DNA of 64,000 nucleotides from Amphiscolops sp. MND2022 (Eukaryota): NCBI GenBank assembly GCA_964187785.1, contig OZ076413.1, positions 52,576,001 to 52,640,000 of the forward strand, read 5' to 3'. Shown piece by piece: positions 1 to 13,507 of this stretch (position 1 is its first letter; each line of letters starts with the position of its first letter). The notes under the pieces were generated by a model. It saw only the letters and a program-made list of their open reading frames with translations, ran no database searches and was not told where the DNA came from. The position numbers and the translations under genes were made by a program.

Positions 1-393
1 ACGGGAGGAAACCAGTAGCATGGTATCAAGGCGTGAGAAAACTTAAACAAGAAACTGAACGGACTCATTATCAACAATTGAGTTGATACAACCTTTTTGT
101 TTATACATGTAATCTAAATTTGTGTAACTCTGATTTAAAAAATACAGTTGTCAATTGTACTAGATAACTATCCCTACCTGGGGGGGAATGTGACATGAAT
201 ATAGCTGAAGGTCAATAGTAACGCAATGTTACATAATTCTTACTTACTCTATGACCTTTTATGTCAATTACATAACATATCTGCTAGTAACTTTAATGTC
301 ATCTGTAGTACGATATAGTGGACACTATAACTTGATCTTACGTACAATACAGTATTACATTCCCAAACTTTCTTATTCCAATGGTATACAACA
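1..393 (+). mobile_element. 3' end of a gypsy-type LTR retrotransposon: internal tail, PPT (180-188) and ~205-bp LTR (189-393)
   Basis: G7-AA purine tract immediately followed by TGTGACATGA...AAGGTCAAT...TACAACA; start and end words match the LTR of the gypsy at 43855-49657 read on its own strand. Confidence 0.55.
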
Positions 394-426
394 AATGTAA
401 ATTTAAATTAAAAAAGACTTGAATAC

Positions 427-898
427 AAACCAGAAACATTCAAAAGCGCCAAACATTTTTTTGGAAGAAAACTTGAAATTTTTGAAAAAGTTTTTTCTTT
501 CAAAAAAAGTCGAATATTGCCGAAAAATGTAAAAGGGGGACTCTTCTGGATTTATTAACATACATTCCGTTGCAAAATATCAAAAAACTCGAAGGGGGGA
601 CCCTTTGGGGACATTCAAAATATTTCGAAAAAAGTCGCACAGTGCCGAAAAAAATCCCAAAGGGGGAACCCTTTAGGCACGTCCGGTTTTGTAGGTTTCC
701 TTGAAAAAGTAAAAAATGAAAGGGGGGACCCTTTGCACTACGTTTGCCTTGGCCCCTTAGTTGGACTGGGCGCCTTAGGTGGTTTCGGGATTGTTTCTAA
801 AAAGTGGACCGATCAGTGTGAGGATTGTAGTCTGAAGAAAAAAAAGTCACTGCTATAGTCGGGCATTTTTCCCTTGATGGAAAAGCGCCGACTAAAAA
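427..898 (+). repeat. Dispersed non-autonomous repeat (GGGGGACCC sub-repeats, 3' hairpin); possibly Helitron/HINE-like
   Basis: Repeated aaagggggaccctt motifs and terminal imperfect hairpin TAGTCGG..AAAAGCGCCGACTAAAAA; related copies at 11175-11732, ~12940-13172, ~14750-15007 (minus) and 55835-56110 (plus). Superfamily assignment is a guess. Confidence 0.6.
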
Positions 899-949
899 CA
901 ACCCCCTTATTATACAAACCTTATTTTTGCAGTCATAAAATTTTTGGTC

Positions 950-1036
950 TATGAAAGATTCGAACCCACGCACTTCTGCTTCTCAGACCTTGCCACCAAG
1001 ATGAGAAATCCGCTTTAGTCACTGGGCCAATAGGCA
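950..1036 (-). repeat. tRNA-derived SINE-like head
   Basis: Minus strand has A-box-like TGGCCCAGTGA and B-box GGTTCGAATC about 55 nt apart; no cloverleaf, so not a tRNA gene. Confidence 0.45.
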
Positions 1037-2059
1037 GTGACAAGGTCATAACTTCGCGAAGTTGAAGAACTTAATTTGTAGAACTATTTAGGCTGGTTCA
1101 AGTGTATCGAAAAGAAAACTGACGAAAAACCATGACTATAGTCAGCTCTTTTCTTAAGAAAAGCGCCACCTAAAAAGGGTTCTTTCTGTCTAAAACTAAA
1201 TCAGAAACCTTCAATTTCAAATCAACTTTTAAAGTGACTGTTTGAGATTGAGATACAAACTTTGCTCACACTATGTTTTCATATGGAATGAAGTCATGCA
1301 TTCTTGATTAGAACATCAACCAATTCCTTTTTCACAAAAACAGTTATTTTTCAACATAATCACAGTCGAAATGTTTTGTTCAAACGGAAAACTATTCGAA
1401 TAGACGCTAACTTCCTCTTATAGAAAAGTTCATTTTCAATTCGGTAAGTTTGAAATTTTTATACATTTCTTACAAAAAGTTTTGGTTGTGGTAGGGGGGG
1501 GGATTGAAACGAGCCGGAAAATGTTGCAGCATCACTCGGCCTGTATTTCACTTAGCACCGACTAAAAACATACGAACAGAACGAATAAATGCGTAGCTCC
1601 GAGTTTAAATTATCAAGAAGTAGTAAAGTTTCATAATGTATTGCATAGTTTCCCAGTTCTTGGACTCTTTGAAAATTTTACAGCACATTAAAAAAGAAAA
1701 TTTTACATTTTACACCGAACATTGGAATCGTTTTCTCCACTAAAACGATATATTTTTGAACTTTGGAAATTTTAGTCGAACTGATTAGGTAAAAATTTTA
1801 TATAGTAATAATAAGTATAAAGGTTCTTTTCTGTATAAAGGTGAAAAATGTTTTGCTCAAACGAGAAAACTAATCTAATTACAATTTAACTTTCTGTTAT
1901 GGAAAAAAAAACACTTTTCGTTCCGCCACTTCGAAAACTTTCTGTATATTTCCCCAGAAAAATTTTGATGGTGGGGGGACAGTATAAATTTTATTAAATT
2001 TTTATAAAGTGTGGGGAGAAAGCTTTGTTTTTTGCTGACATAGGAAACTGTTCGGTAAA

Positions 2060-2284
2060 CTATTCTTCATCTATGCATGTTTCCAGACAATCCCACAGGC
2101 ATGTGATGGCATCAAATGAAACTCCTGGTCCGCATTCTTCTTCACACTTCGTGATGCAAAGTTTGGATTCTCTGCGTTTCAAATTCCTTTTCAAGTCTCC
2201 CGAAAATGTCTCGATTGCTTCGGACTTTGAGCACACAAAGTGAACCAGCAAAATAACGAAGATCCCAAAACCAGCGTGTTCCAT
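2060..2284 (-). CDS. Small secreted cysteine-rich peptide precursor (74 aa)
   Basis: Hydrophobic signal peptide (MEHAGFGIFVILLVHFVCSKSEA), dibasic KR/KRR sites, mature region with C-x3-C-x3-C-x10-C-x3-C-x3-C; AATAAA on minus strand at 1990-1995. Confidence 0.65.
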   Translation of the reverse strand: MEHAGFGIFVILLVHFVCSKSEAIETFSGDLKRNLKRRESKLCITKCEEECGPGVSFDAITCLWDCLETCIDEE

Positions 2285-4231
2285 TTTTTGCTGGATTTCA
2301 AATTTGTGCTGACGAAGCAGTCGAACAGATCGTAGAAATTAAAATCGAAGAAAAAAAATCGCAAGTTGGAACAAAAAAAGAAATGAATGGACGAGCATGA
2401 AAAAATTATTCGGCATGGATTTGTACACTCAAATCTAATTCATTTTTTTAAATTTGAAGGTAGATTTTTGGATGTTCCAACATCTCGGCAATTAATGAGA
2501 CGTCTTAAAACACCATCGATCAACAAAAAACAACTGAGAAAACTTGGCTTTCAGAGTTCAAGAAGCTTGGTATAAAAACCTTTAGGTGCTGCTGCATCAT
2601 GATGCTCATATCAAGCAACAACTCATAAATTAAAAGAGATGGAGTTCAAATAACGTTTGTAGAAAATAGCGAGAACCCATGTTTTAGACTCAGTCTCCTT
2701 TTCCCCACACGTTGAAAACTAAATTTTCATCTGATAATTTCGACTAAAAATCCTTTAAAATTTCTAAAACTATTTTTCATCCTATTTCGATGAATATACA
2801 TGGACGCATTTATTCGGTTGGCTCTTTTCTGTTGCCCTCCACCACCAAAATTTTTGAAAGTAAACTTCCTTTAAAACTTTAGACTAGCCTAATTAAAAGT
2901 AAATCCTTTTTTCATAATGGGAAATTAACGTCTATTGGAATAGTTGTTGGCTTGAACAAAATATTTTTCACACATTTTCACGATGATTATGTTCGTAATG
3001 AGTATTTATTGATGACTCTAAACAGGAAGCGTTGATTTCTTAATCAAAATTGCGCGACTACATAGGACAAAAGTGTGAACAATTTTTGTATCTGAATCCT
3101 AAACTGTCACCATGAAAATAAATTAAAAACTGAAGCTTTTTTCAGCATAATAATTTGTTGTAAAGAGAGTTCTCATAGACTGATGTCAGGAACTCGGTAG
3201 AGGTCAATTCGGTATGAACTATATCACATGTTCCGCCTGGGGGAAACGTCTCGAGGAAGAAGCTGCAGGTATTTGTCAAAACTCTTTTATGTTTTCAAAT
3301 CACACTGCAACAAGTAAAATTCCTTCAAAAATGACAATCAAATCAATTGTTACATGGTTGTTCATGACTTTGCGATGAGTGAGTTGATTAAATCAAATTT
3401 CGGGTCATCTGAATGACACACTCCAGCCACGTCGTCTGATCGAGCAAATTCCTGTGGACAGTCGGACAATTTAATTATCTCATCAATTTCAACGTATCAA
3501 GTTTAATGTTTTCCAGTTATTCATTGTTCGTCTTTAGGACGAATCAACACAAACTTCAGGATTGGCCTGGAAAAACAAGTCTTCACTCCATTCTTTGCGA
3601 CAACTTCAACTTCAACATCTCTCACTAATCCATCTCGTCCAGGATATACTTCTCGATTACTTCATACTTTCCAACATCCTCTAACTGTATTTTGATCTGC
3701 CGGTAACACTACATCACCTCTTCAAAGTTCCTTTTTGTATCACGCCATTTTTTGTAGAAACACACCTGTGGCAGAATTTTTTTGCCATTTCATCCAAAAG
3801 CTGTCTAAAACATTTTCGACGAGGTCATATTACATCCATTGTTTGTTGGAAACGGCACAATTTGGTTTTGAGTACGGCCGAGTAGCAGACAATTGGGAGA
3901 CAAGTAGAACCCATCATCAGGGTGAGTCAGTGTTTGAGCTAAGACTTTCAATGATCTTCGCGTTTTCAGCAACAATATCCTTGCAGTGGTTCTTGTCAAA
4001 GAAGCTAAGGAACTAAATCTATCAACTTCGTAGTCGATTGATTCGCTGTGTTTTTCTTGAATTGAAAATGTCTTGCTTTTTAACACAACGGGTAAATCGC
4101 TCATGGAGTATTGCTTTTGTTGTAGTGACTAATGCTGTTTTCTAGTTGCAAAAAGTATGGACCTGATTGCCATTTCGACCCTAATTTAAGTTCAGCTGGT
4201 GAAGACCCTCTTGATATAAGATCAGCTATGT

Positions 4232-5405
4232 TCAAGTCACCAGGTTCCCAGAAGAAGCCATGTACTGCTTGGTAGCATCTTTTGTTTTTATAATTACTTT
4301 AGACTTAAACTCAAAAACATCTTTCTCCAAACTCCAAGTCAATCCGAGTACTTTTTCACTTTTTTCTGTATTAGCGAAGCAAACTTCGGTTCCTTTCTCT
4401 CCTGAAAAAATCATTTTTTTAATTTTGACAGAACAAGCAGCAAGTAACGTCTCCAGTTCACAAGAGCGAGTATTAGCAATATCCAATTTGTTGACGCTAT
4501 CAAATATGTCATCAATGTATGTAGACTTCTGTATAACTAATTTTTCTTCTTTATAGTCATCAGAAGCAAGTTCAGCTGATCTCCTCAAAGCTAGCTGAGA
4601 AATTGTTGCTGCAGGTCGATCTCCAAAAGAAACCACTTGCATCATGGGTTCGTCCGGTTCGTCGTTTAGACGATAATCTGACCATAGGAATCTGTGGGTG
4701 TGTTGTTCTGCTAATGCCATTCGAATAGTGTGATACGTTTTTCGAATATCACCAATATAAGCCACATGGTCTTCACGAAATTTTACTAGGATACCCAAAA
4801 AGTTCCGAGAAGGTCTTGACCTTTCGCCCAATAGTCGTTGAGGACGTGGTTTTTGTAGTTAGCAGATGCATTAAACACAATTGTGCAAGGCGCGGAAGCA
4901 CAATCCTGTTTCAGTACTTCTCGGTGACTAATGTAATGCACCGGGCCATCGTTGTTCAAGTCTGTCTACTCTAATTGTTTAGCCACACCGCGATCCAAAA
5001 AATCCTGTATTTGACTTTGATAAGTTTCAGCTTGTTTCTCGTTTTTTAAAAGTATCTTCTCTGTATTTTGTAACATTTTTCAGCAAAAAATTTGTTATTA
5101 GGTAAATCGGACGGAAATCTAATCCAAGGATATTTCGCAGTCCATACTTTATTTTCTAAAGATGATCCGTAATGAATTAGTTTCAATTCCTTTCTATCTT
5201 TGTTGGAAAATGCAGAAGCTCCTAGTTCGCACTGACCGCATTTGCAAATACCACCTTTTGAACAACATGAAACTCCAAGGTTTTCAATCTCGTAGAAGTC
5301 GTCGACTGTAATTGTGGATTGGTTAAAGTTGACTTTAGTAAGGTTGATTGAGTTTGCTGTTGAATCTGTTCCTTTTACACACTTTCCGAATGCATTTTTA
5401 AACAA
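4232..5405 (-). pseudogene. pol: BEL/Pao reverse transcriptase fragments
   Basis: ORFs 5046-5405 (YPW...LPNN) and 4232-4831 (FREDHVAYIGDIRKTY, HRFLW, SFGDRPA, YIDD) broken by stops and frameshifts. Confidence 0.85.
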
Positions 5406-5580
5406 GACAAAATTTCCACAACACTTTACTGGTACAGGGTGATACTATACAACGTTGAAACCCAAAAGTAGTGAACTGAATCCCTTTTTGCCCTGCTGAT
5501 TCTGAAACTCCGCTGGAAAAATTTCTCGATGAGGTTCGGTACTGTATTACGCAGTCGACATTTGATCAACACCATAGGCT

Positions 5581-5847
5581 TCAACGGGAACTAGATTGTT
5601 TTCTTGATCTCTTATATTTAACATGAACAGATTCGTTTGCTTTTTTTGTTGTTTGACCGAGTGTTTCCATAACAATAGAAACAGCTTTGCCTGGAATTTT
5701 TAGGGTATTTGCGACTGAGTTCAAAATCAAGGACACTGTAGAAGCTGAGTCCCAAAGAGAAAGAATTTTCTTAGACTGGGTAGGAGTGAGAATCTCTATC
5801 GGCATGATTTGCAACAAACACGTCTTCCCTGCTATGTTACACCTCAA
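5581..5847 (-). pseudogene. BEL/Pao aspartic protease fragment
   Basis: LLQIMPI...ILSLWDSASTVSLI, a Pao-type D-S-G/A-S active-site region. Confidence 0.7.
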
Positions 5848-6086
5848 TGAGGGAAACTGTTAGTCTGTTGGGTTGCTCTTTGAAATTGACTATCATGCAG
5901 AAGTGTGTGATGGTTCCTCCCGCATTCATTTTGCTGGTATTGCTTCCTGCTTTTACATGTTCGCGATGTGCGCCCAATATTGAGACCGGTGAAGCAACAA
6001 TCTGCTTTCATCTGTCCGATGCTCTGATCCACGATGCAAAAAACATTTTAAAGATGTCGGCTTTTGTCCACTATCTCATACCAGGT

Positions 6087-6662
6087 TCAGTCGAACATTA
6101 ATCCTTTACTTCTTTTTTGATTTCGTTTCAACAAACTCAAATCATATTCAACTACCGTTTTTCTATCAAACAAAAATTTTAGAAATTCGGGAAACTCTTC
6201 ACCGTTTTCAATTGTACCATCTTTTTCGTAAATTCTTTCAATCCATTTTTTTCTCAACTTTTCAGGCAATTTTTCTTCAATTATTGAAACAAATGTACTG
6301 TTTTTTATTTCAGGCTCCCACCCTGGGTACTTTGTTTCCATACTTGCTTTCTCTATGATTCCAATAAAAGTCAGCAGACGTCTTTCTTCGTTTGCTTTTA
6401 TTGGTCGAAAATGTTTAATGTCATTGAGAATAATTTCTGCAATCTTGCCTTCATCGCCATACCTCTCATCTAACTGTCTCCACATTTCTTTAATATTGTC
6501 GCTCATATCACGGACCAAACTTTTCGCATTGTCAGGCAACGCATTTCGTAATGCATATGAGACAGTTGGCTCAACCACGATGACAGAAGAAACTTGTTTT
6601 TCGAAGTCCTTTTTGAACTGTGGCCAATCTCTACAATTACTGCTAAACTTGGGAAATTTCAT
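6087..6662 (-). pseudogene. gag: BEL/Pao gag fragment (DUF1759-like)
   Basis: PKFSSNCRDWPQFKKDF...LRNALPDNAKSLV...MWRQLDERYG pattern. Confidence 0.8.
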
Positions 6663-9600
6663 TTTTTACCATGTGCCTTAGCACTCGTTTTGCATCCATT
6701 TCATCTCCCCCACCGCGCTCATTTTGGCACGGAAGAGATATTGACGCTTGGTAGAAGATAACATCAAGTTTGGTAAAGATTTTTGTAAAATCATTCGAGT
6801 CCATTTCTTCTAGTTCGCTCGAATCTTCCAATTCTGAAAGAGCCTCGAATAGCTCTGTAACTTCTTTAAGTTGCTTTCGAAAGTCACTTTTCACTGCTTT
6901 CAAAGTTTATCGTACGGCCCTGAAATGTCTTCGAAAGATTGGCATATGGTACTGAGTATATTCAGTTCAATATTGTATCTTCCGTTCAATTTGCGACATC
7001 TTTCTCTAAGCTCATTCCTTTTCGAATCTTCCTCCTTTTTTGCAACTCTTTTAGCATTTTCTTCAAAGATAGTTTTTTCTAGAGTCAATGCCTTTTCCTT
7101 TAAATTCTTTTCGAATTGGCTTTTTTCGACCTTAATTCCTGGGAATTTAGTTTCATGCTCGTCTATCCACAAAATTTCACCTTCATAAGTATCTTCACCA
7201 ATTGTTAACATGTAACGTTCATGTTCACTTTGGACATTGAATCATGTTTTTGACACATCATGGAACATCTCTTGGTGCTCTTGAAAATTGGGATCAAAAG
7301 TTAAGAAGAAGTTCTCATACCTCGTACATGCTTCATTGAAATTTTGCTCAGGTATTTGTCAAAACTCTTTTGTGTTTTCAAATCACACTGCAACAAGTAA
7401 AATTCCTTTCAAAATGACAATCAAATCAATAGTTACATGGTTGTTCATGACTTTTTGATGAGTGAGTTGATTCAATCAAATTATGAGTCATCTGAACGAC
7501 ACATGTTAGTTCCCTGGGGTAAAATCTGTAAAAAGTTGACTATTCAATCTTAGGTCTGTTATCTGGCAAAAAACTACCACTGTAAGGCGCACGTTCTTTT
7601 TTCAGACTTTCTGGTGGGGATTATATAATCTTCGAAAAAAGGTTGTATATAATCTTCGCAGAAACTGCTTCATGTGATTCAAAAATCCAAGCTAATGAAA
7701 ATTAAAGCCTAAAGAAAAATGCTTGGCTCTATCGGGAGAAATAGTCTGAAAAAGTAATATCTGGACTGTAAATTCTCGTGCTAGAAGTAGTTTTAAAATG
7801 GAAGTTTCTGGTTTGAGTTTAATCTTTTTTGTCGGATTAGTTTGCAACTTGCTGAGGGGCGAAAACAGAAAGGACGAATGTTTTCAATGGAAAGTTCCAA
7901 ACAACCATTCTGGATCATTTATTGCAGATTTTCGTTCTCTACAAGATTTTTATCTGTTGCGGAACTCGGTATTTGTTTTGAAGCGAAAAAGGTTTTCAAA
8001 CATTTCACGTATTCTCTGTCGTTCAAGAAACAAGAAAACCTAAAATTTGAGATTTTAAGAGAATTTTTTGGTTCTGAAGAAAACTGGTATTCTTTAAATC
8101 AGGAAAAAAATGTAGCTTTTCATGCTAACAATGTATTCCGATAGGTGAGAAAAGTTTACACTCTTATACAAATAAATTCTGGTTCACTATTGATCAAAAA
8201 CTTACAAAAAAAACATTTCTATAGGATCCAAAAAGTTTTGGATAGTTATTAGGTTCATCACTCAGTGCATCAACAAAGCGAAATTTCTGAAAACTTCTCT
8301 TTCCCCTTTTCAACATTTTCCCACGAGGATTTTTTCCATTTGCTTCAAAGGAGATCGTTCAATAAGTTTCGTTAAGCGAAGTTGAAGTTCCATACATTAT
8401 GATGGACAGAGAAAAATGGATGCGCTAACAATTTTCCTCTGATTTAATTCCCAGACTTTTAAGTAACTCTCTGCAAAACTTTGCAAATGCAACCTTTAAT
8501 TATCATCATCCATCAATTTTGTTCACGCCGTGGGACCATGTTTTTTTTCGCTTGCGTACTAAATGTTTCATTTAGTACGAATGCCAAAAACTAAAACTAG
8601 TGATTTGGGTTGTATGGTAACCAATTTGAATGTTTAAAATGCCATTAGTTAATAAGTTCGCTTCTGAACGTTTTAGTACAACGTTTCATTTTCGGTTGCA
8701 ATCAAGTTTTTCGGTTCAGAAACTGCACAGAAATATTTGCAAAACTACATTGAAAACTATATTTTTGCAAAACTAAATCGAAACTCATGTGTGAACTTAT
8801 AATGTGATATATTATAGTGAACATTATAGTTAAGTATAGTACACGTAACCTGAATCTTTTCAATTGCATTCTAATTGACTATTTCAATCAAATTTTTATT
8901 TTTATTTATCTAAACAGCTTCACAATTCGACCCACGATTGGAACCAAAATCTCCCGACTTCCACTAATTGTTTAAATAAAATTTTCGTTTTAAAAATAAT
9001 TTATTCCCGCTGGTATAAATGTATTTCACTATTGTATATCACTATATACAATCAGTATAAATATTTTCCACTATAGTAAAGTGTTGAAAGAAAAATTCCT
9101 TTTTCGTTTTTTCAAATTCATTTTCAAATTTCAGTTTTTCAAATTCAAATGCAGTTGGTATAATTGTAGTACCATAATATAGTAGTATAGAATAGTATAG
9201 ATGAAAGGAAGAGAAGCCGACAGTTTTACGGAAAGGGAGACATTGATTGTAACTTGTTTGTGGTAATTGTCTTTGTATTTACTCTCTGGCTTATTAAATT
9301 TGATTTCAGCTAATTAAAATGTAAGTGGAAACTAAGACGCTAAAATTTGCAGGCATCTGATTGGTTGTAATGCACTTTGTGGAATCCAAGACACGAATTT
9401 GGCGGCATCGTGTCGGCATTTGTCGGCATATTTTTGGTCCCAGTTTCCGCAATTTGAAACCGGCTAACGTATTAACCCATGCCCTCGGATTCCGAAAAAC
9501 GCCAATTTTTGTGGCGTGGATTCCGCAAAGTCAGTGCTAAATTGCCAATTTTACACGCTTTAAGACATGTCTGCGGAATCGGACGACATACACGCACAGA

Positions 9601-11174
9601 AAAGTGTCTGTGGCGATTTAGCTTGCAGATGCACTGTAATGAAGATAATATATTCAATGTACATGTAAAACTACATATTAAAAAAAAAGATTTTGGATCA
9701 ACAAAAAAATGGTAAATTCGGGAAAACCGAATAATAACGACTCCGTTTGTTCCATTCGTTTTTTCTTTGTGAGATACTCTGTCTTACCGGGATTACAACA
9801 GCCCTGGTTCTTACTTGTGAAAAACAGGTAAGATTCTCCTTCGTAAGACTAAATGCGAACAACGGCCTACTTCACAACAAAATACAGAAAAATTGGACAT
9901 AAAGTTATTATTTCGGATACAGCGGATTATGCATCAAGAGAGACGTGATATCCGAAACTTATTTTTATCATGGTTCAATTTGGAGACGAGTTCATTGATT
10001 AGATATGAACTCCCGCTTTTTTCAGTTAGTGAAAACTGAATTTCAAAGAAGTCGTTAAATTTGAAAAAAAAATGAAAGAGGGACCTTGTAGATTAAAAAG
10101 ACGTTTCCTGATTAAAAACCTCGGAAAAATTGTAGGCCAGGCTTTTTGGCGTAATATTTTTCTCATCAAAAAAGCACACATAGCCAAATCAACTAATGAG
10201 GACCCTATAGACTCAAGAAGCGCGTTTTGCTAATTGAAAACACCAAAGTAATTGAAGGCGAGACTGTCTTGTGAAACACCAAAAAGAAAATTACTGAAAC
10301 AGCTAAAAAAGTGAAAGAGGAATTATTGGCCTCATTCAACATTACTATTTTCATAAAATCATTGTAAAATCAAAGAAGAATCTTTTGGCACTTGTGGATG
10401 CACTCGGAAAATAACTATTTTCGAAAGAAGTAATAATTTTTGTGAACAGTGCCGAGAAATCCCAAGTGGTGGTCCCTTTGGTCTCATCTCCCTTTGAGGA
10501 CAAAAAAATTTAGTTGTAGGCGTGATTTGATCCCACGAATACTTGCCACCCCAGTCACTACCCCCAGTTAACATAATCTGGTCGTTTCGATGCATTCTGT
10601 CGATTTGTTACCTTTCGTCCAAAGAAGTATTCACCAGAGCTTTGGCTATGTGGGTTCTTGCAGTGAAACTCTAAAAAAGTACGCTGCAGATTTTGAAATT
10701 TTTCGAATTACAGCTGATAACAGTCGGATTATCAGAAGAAATAATGGAAGCTTACCATGAGTAATCAAGCATCGAGAATAAACTGAGCTTATTGCTTATT
10801 TATATTGTAATACAGTAATTTTATTAGAAGGAACTTAAGGCATACCTCAAAATCGAATATCTCAAAAACGGCAGTGATTTTTGAAAAAAAGTTAAATATT
10901 TTGATCTAGTTTACAAATTCGTTTGTGTGAAAATTATGCGATGAAATTTGAAAAAGTTACGATTGATCATTTTCAGCCAAATTTGAGGTTTTTCTCACTT
11001 TTGATTTACTTTTACTCAAACTTTTGCATGAGAAATTGCATGTTCAATCGACCCTATGATTCTACTTAAACCCCTGATATGTTGATTCAGAAATCATTGT
11101 AAAATCTCTTAAAAAACCTGTGAAAGTAGGCCTTTTCAAAAACTTTAGGCTCGATTTTCTAGTATAAATTACTG

Positions 11175-11732
11175 TTTTTAGTCGGCATTTTTTTAGTGAA
11201 AAGAGCCCGACTATTACAGTAGCTAGTTTTTTTTCTTTTTTTTTCGTCAGACCACAGACCTCATCGTTTATGTACCACTTTTTACAGACTTTACTGGTTT
11301 AACAGACTTTACTCGGTTTACGGTGGACCCAGCGGTCACGGGTTAGAGTCCTTGCTTGAGCCAGAAACTTTTTCAAGCTATTTTTTTCGGCACTGTGCGA
11401 CTTTTTTTTCAAAATTTGTTCGCCTTCAAAGGTCCCATTTTCAAGTTTTTTTTTGATTTTTTGCAGCAAACTAAAGTGCCAAAAAGCCCAAAGGGTCTCC
11501 CTTTTTTTGTACTTTGGCACTATGACACTGTTCAAAATTCTCATTTTTCGTTTTTTTTGAAAATAAAAAAAATTCTATAATTTTTATTGTCTCCTCCCTT
11601 CAATTTATTTTATATTTTGCAACAAACTGGATTTTCAAAAAGCCCGAAGGGTCCCCCCTTATACAGGTGTAATAACTTTGCGCTTTTTGAGCCTGAGATA
11701 TAGCGCCGACTTTAGACGTTCCCGTCTTGTTT
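11175..11732 (-). repeat. Copy of the GGGGGACCC dispersed repeat family
   Basis: Reverse complement of the 427-898 hairpin end at 11175-11215 and of the AAACAAGCCGGGAACG-type start at ~11700-11732. Confidence 0.6.
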
Positions 11733-13405
11733 AATGTTTTTGCGAACAAAAATTGAGAAAGTTACAATAGGGGACTTTTTGCTGTTTTTCCAACTCTTGA
11801 CTGTTTTATTCACAGTTTTTCCGGCAAGTTGTATGCTCAATTAACTCCCGCAAGTCTTCTGATTCATTGGTGTATTTTGATTTCAAAAATATGCAACCGT
11901 TTTCGAAATTTCATTCTCGAAAAGTAAAATTTCGTCAATTTACATGTAATCAGATAGGACATAAACGTTTCGCGGTGAAAAAATGCGATTGTTTTTTCAC
12001 TTGCAATGTCTTTGAAACAAATAACATTTAATCGAATTTTGGACAATCTGCAGCATTCGAAGAATTTAAAAAATTCAGAAAAAAAATTCAAAAACCATCT
12101 CAAAACTGGGAAAATAACCAAAGTGTTCTTCCTGCGCCTGAAATTCCATTTGATATGCCAATCAAAATTGAAAGTGAGAGTAAACAAGCAACCTAATTTG
12201 TTGATAACGACGCTCAGCGCATAGGGGTACGTTTTCTTAATCACTACTGTATTAAGATGCAATTTTGAAATTAATCAACTTGAAAAACGCTCATACTAAT
12301 AGGTTACAAAACTTTTGCGGAAAAATATATTGCCATATTCGAAATGTTTAGGCGCTTTTTTCTGTCAATAATATTACGAAGTCAAAAGAGTGCATGTCGA
12401 TCAAAAATTCAAAGAAAACTTTAAAAATGGTTTTGGAAATAGTTCTCTGCCAATGAAATGAGCTCTTAAGACCTTGATCAGCCAATGAGATTTGTTTATT
12501 TGTTCTCTTTCCGCGTGCTACGTTGCTTTTGTTAATACACTACTGCAGGCGAATCTGCATGAGGTACAAACTTGCTACGTTTGCGTTTGTTTGTCTTTTA
12601 GGACTTTTCAAGCTCCATCACCTCAAAAGTGGCTCCAGATATTAGTACAGCAGCTTTAACAATGCGGAAGCAGCTTTCACACTGACTAACGGGTAATTGT
12701 TGTTGAGCCTTTGTTTAAACTCTACTCTGAGGACTATTAGGAAACAATGTACAGTTTGCCTCCTTTGCAATTTTAGACGGAATTTTTGAAGAAAAGTACC
12801 CGACACTTACGGTGGGTAGTTTTTTAGACGCGTAAGGTCCACTTTTTTGTTCATTTGTTCAACAACTTGATCTACTGAGGTTCGAAACACTCGTCCAAAT
12901 AAAAAAAAACAAAACCGATGTCTAGAACCTCGAAAACATACCAAGAATCCCCCTTTAGCTATCTTGGTGTTTTTCAATCCGATTTTTTTGGCACTATGAG
13001 ACTTTTTTTTGAAAATTTTTAGATTGCATCAAAGGGTCCCCCTTCATTTTTTTTCAATTTTGCAACAAACTGGAGTTTCAAAAAGCCTAAAGGGTCCCCT
13101 CTCACATTTTAAAAAACTTTGCGCTTTTTGAGCCTCAGATATAGCGTCGTCTTTGGCCGTTCCCGGCTTTTTAGATTTAAGTTGCAGGCCTTTATGTCTT
13201 TCCCGTTTGTCATCTTGAACATTTTTGCCTGCAGGTTATTCCGTCAAAGTTGAAGTGGAATTAGAGATTGAACTCTAGACACTGAACTTTTCCCACTCTG
13301 TTTAATTACTTAGAGCCAGTTAAACTGTCCAGAGTAGTAGCTGTAGATACATTTATATTATATGTTATCGACTCGGTTGCAGAAAGAAAAGTACTCGATG
13401 AAAAC

Positions 13406-13480
13406 AGCATTATTATGGAACTCTTATTGAACATAAAAGGTCTCTCATGTTCAATAAAAGAGTTTCATAATAATGATGCT
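13406..13480. repeat. Imperfect ~30-bp-arm hairpin
   Basis: agcattattatggaactcttattgaacat ... atgttcaataaaagagtttcataataatgatgct. Confidence 0.7.
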
Positions 13481-13507
13481 TTAATGACACATTAATGCAG
13501 AGTATTG

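Larger units (their letters stand above)
3266..7503 (-). mobile_element. Decayed, internally deleted BEL/Pao LTR retrotransposon
   Basis: 155-bp direct repeats at 3266-3420 and 7349-7503; fragments in BEL order: gag DUF1759-like, protease (WDSAST), RT (GDIRKTY...SFGDRP...YIDD...VLGLTW), IN C-terminus (GDVVL...EVYPGRDGLVRDVEV, ~3540-3720). No TSD found. Confidence 0.85.

Noticed and set aside
950-1036. Functional tRNA gene
   Set aside because: A and B boxes present but no acceptor stem or cloverleaf; treated as SINE-like.
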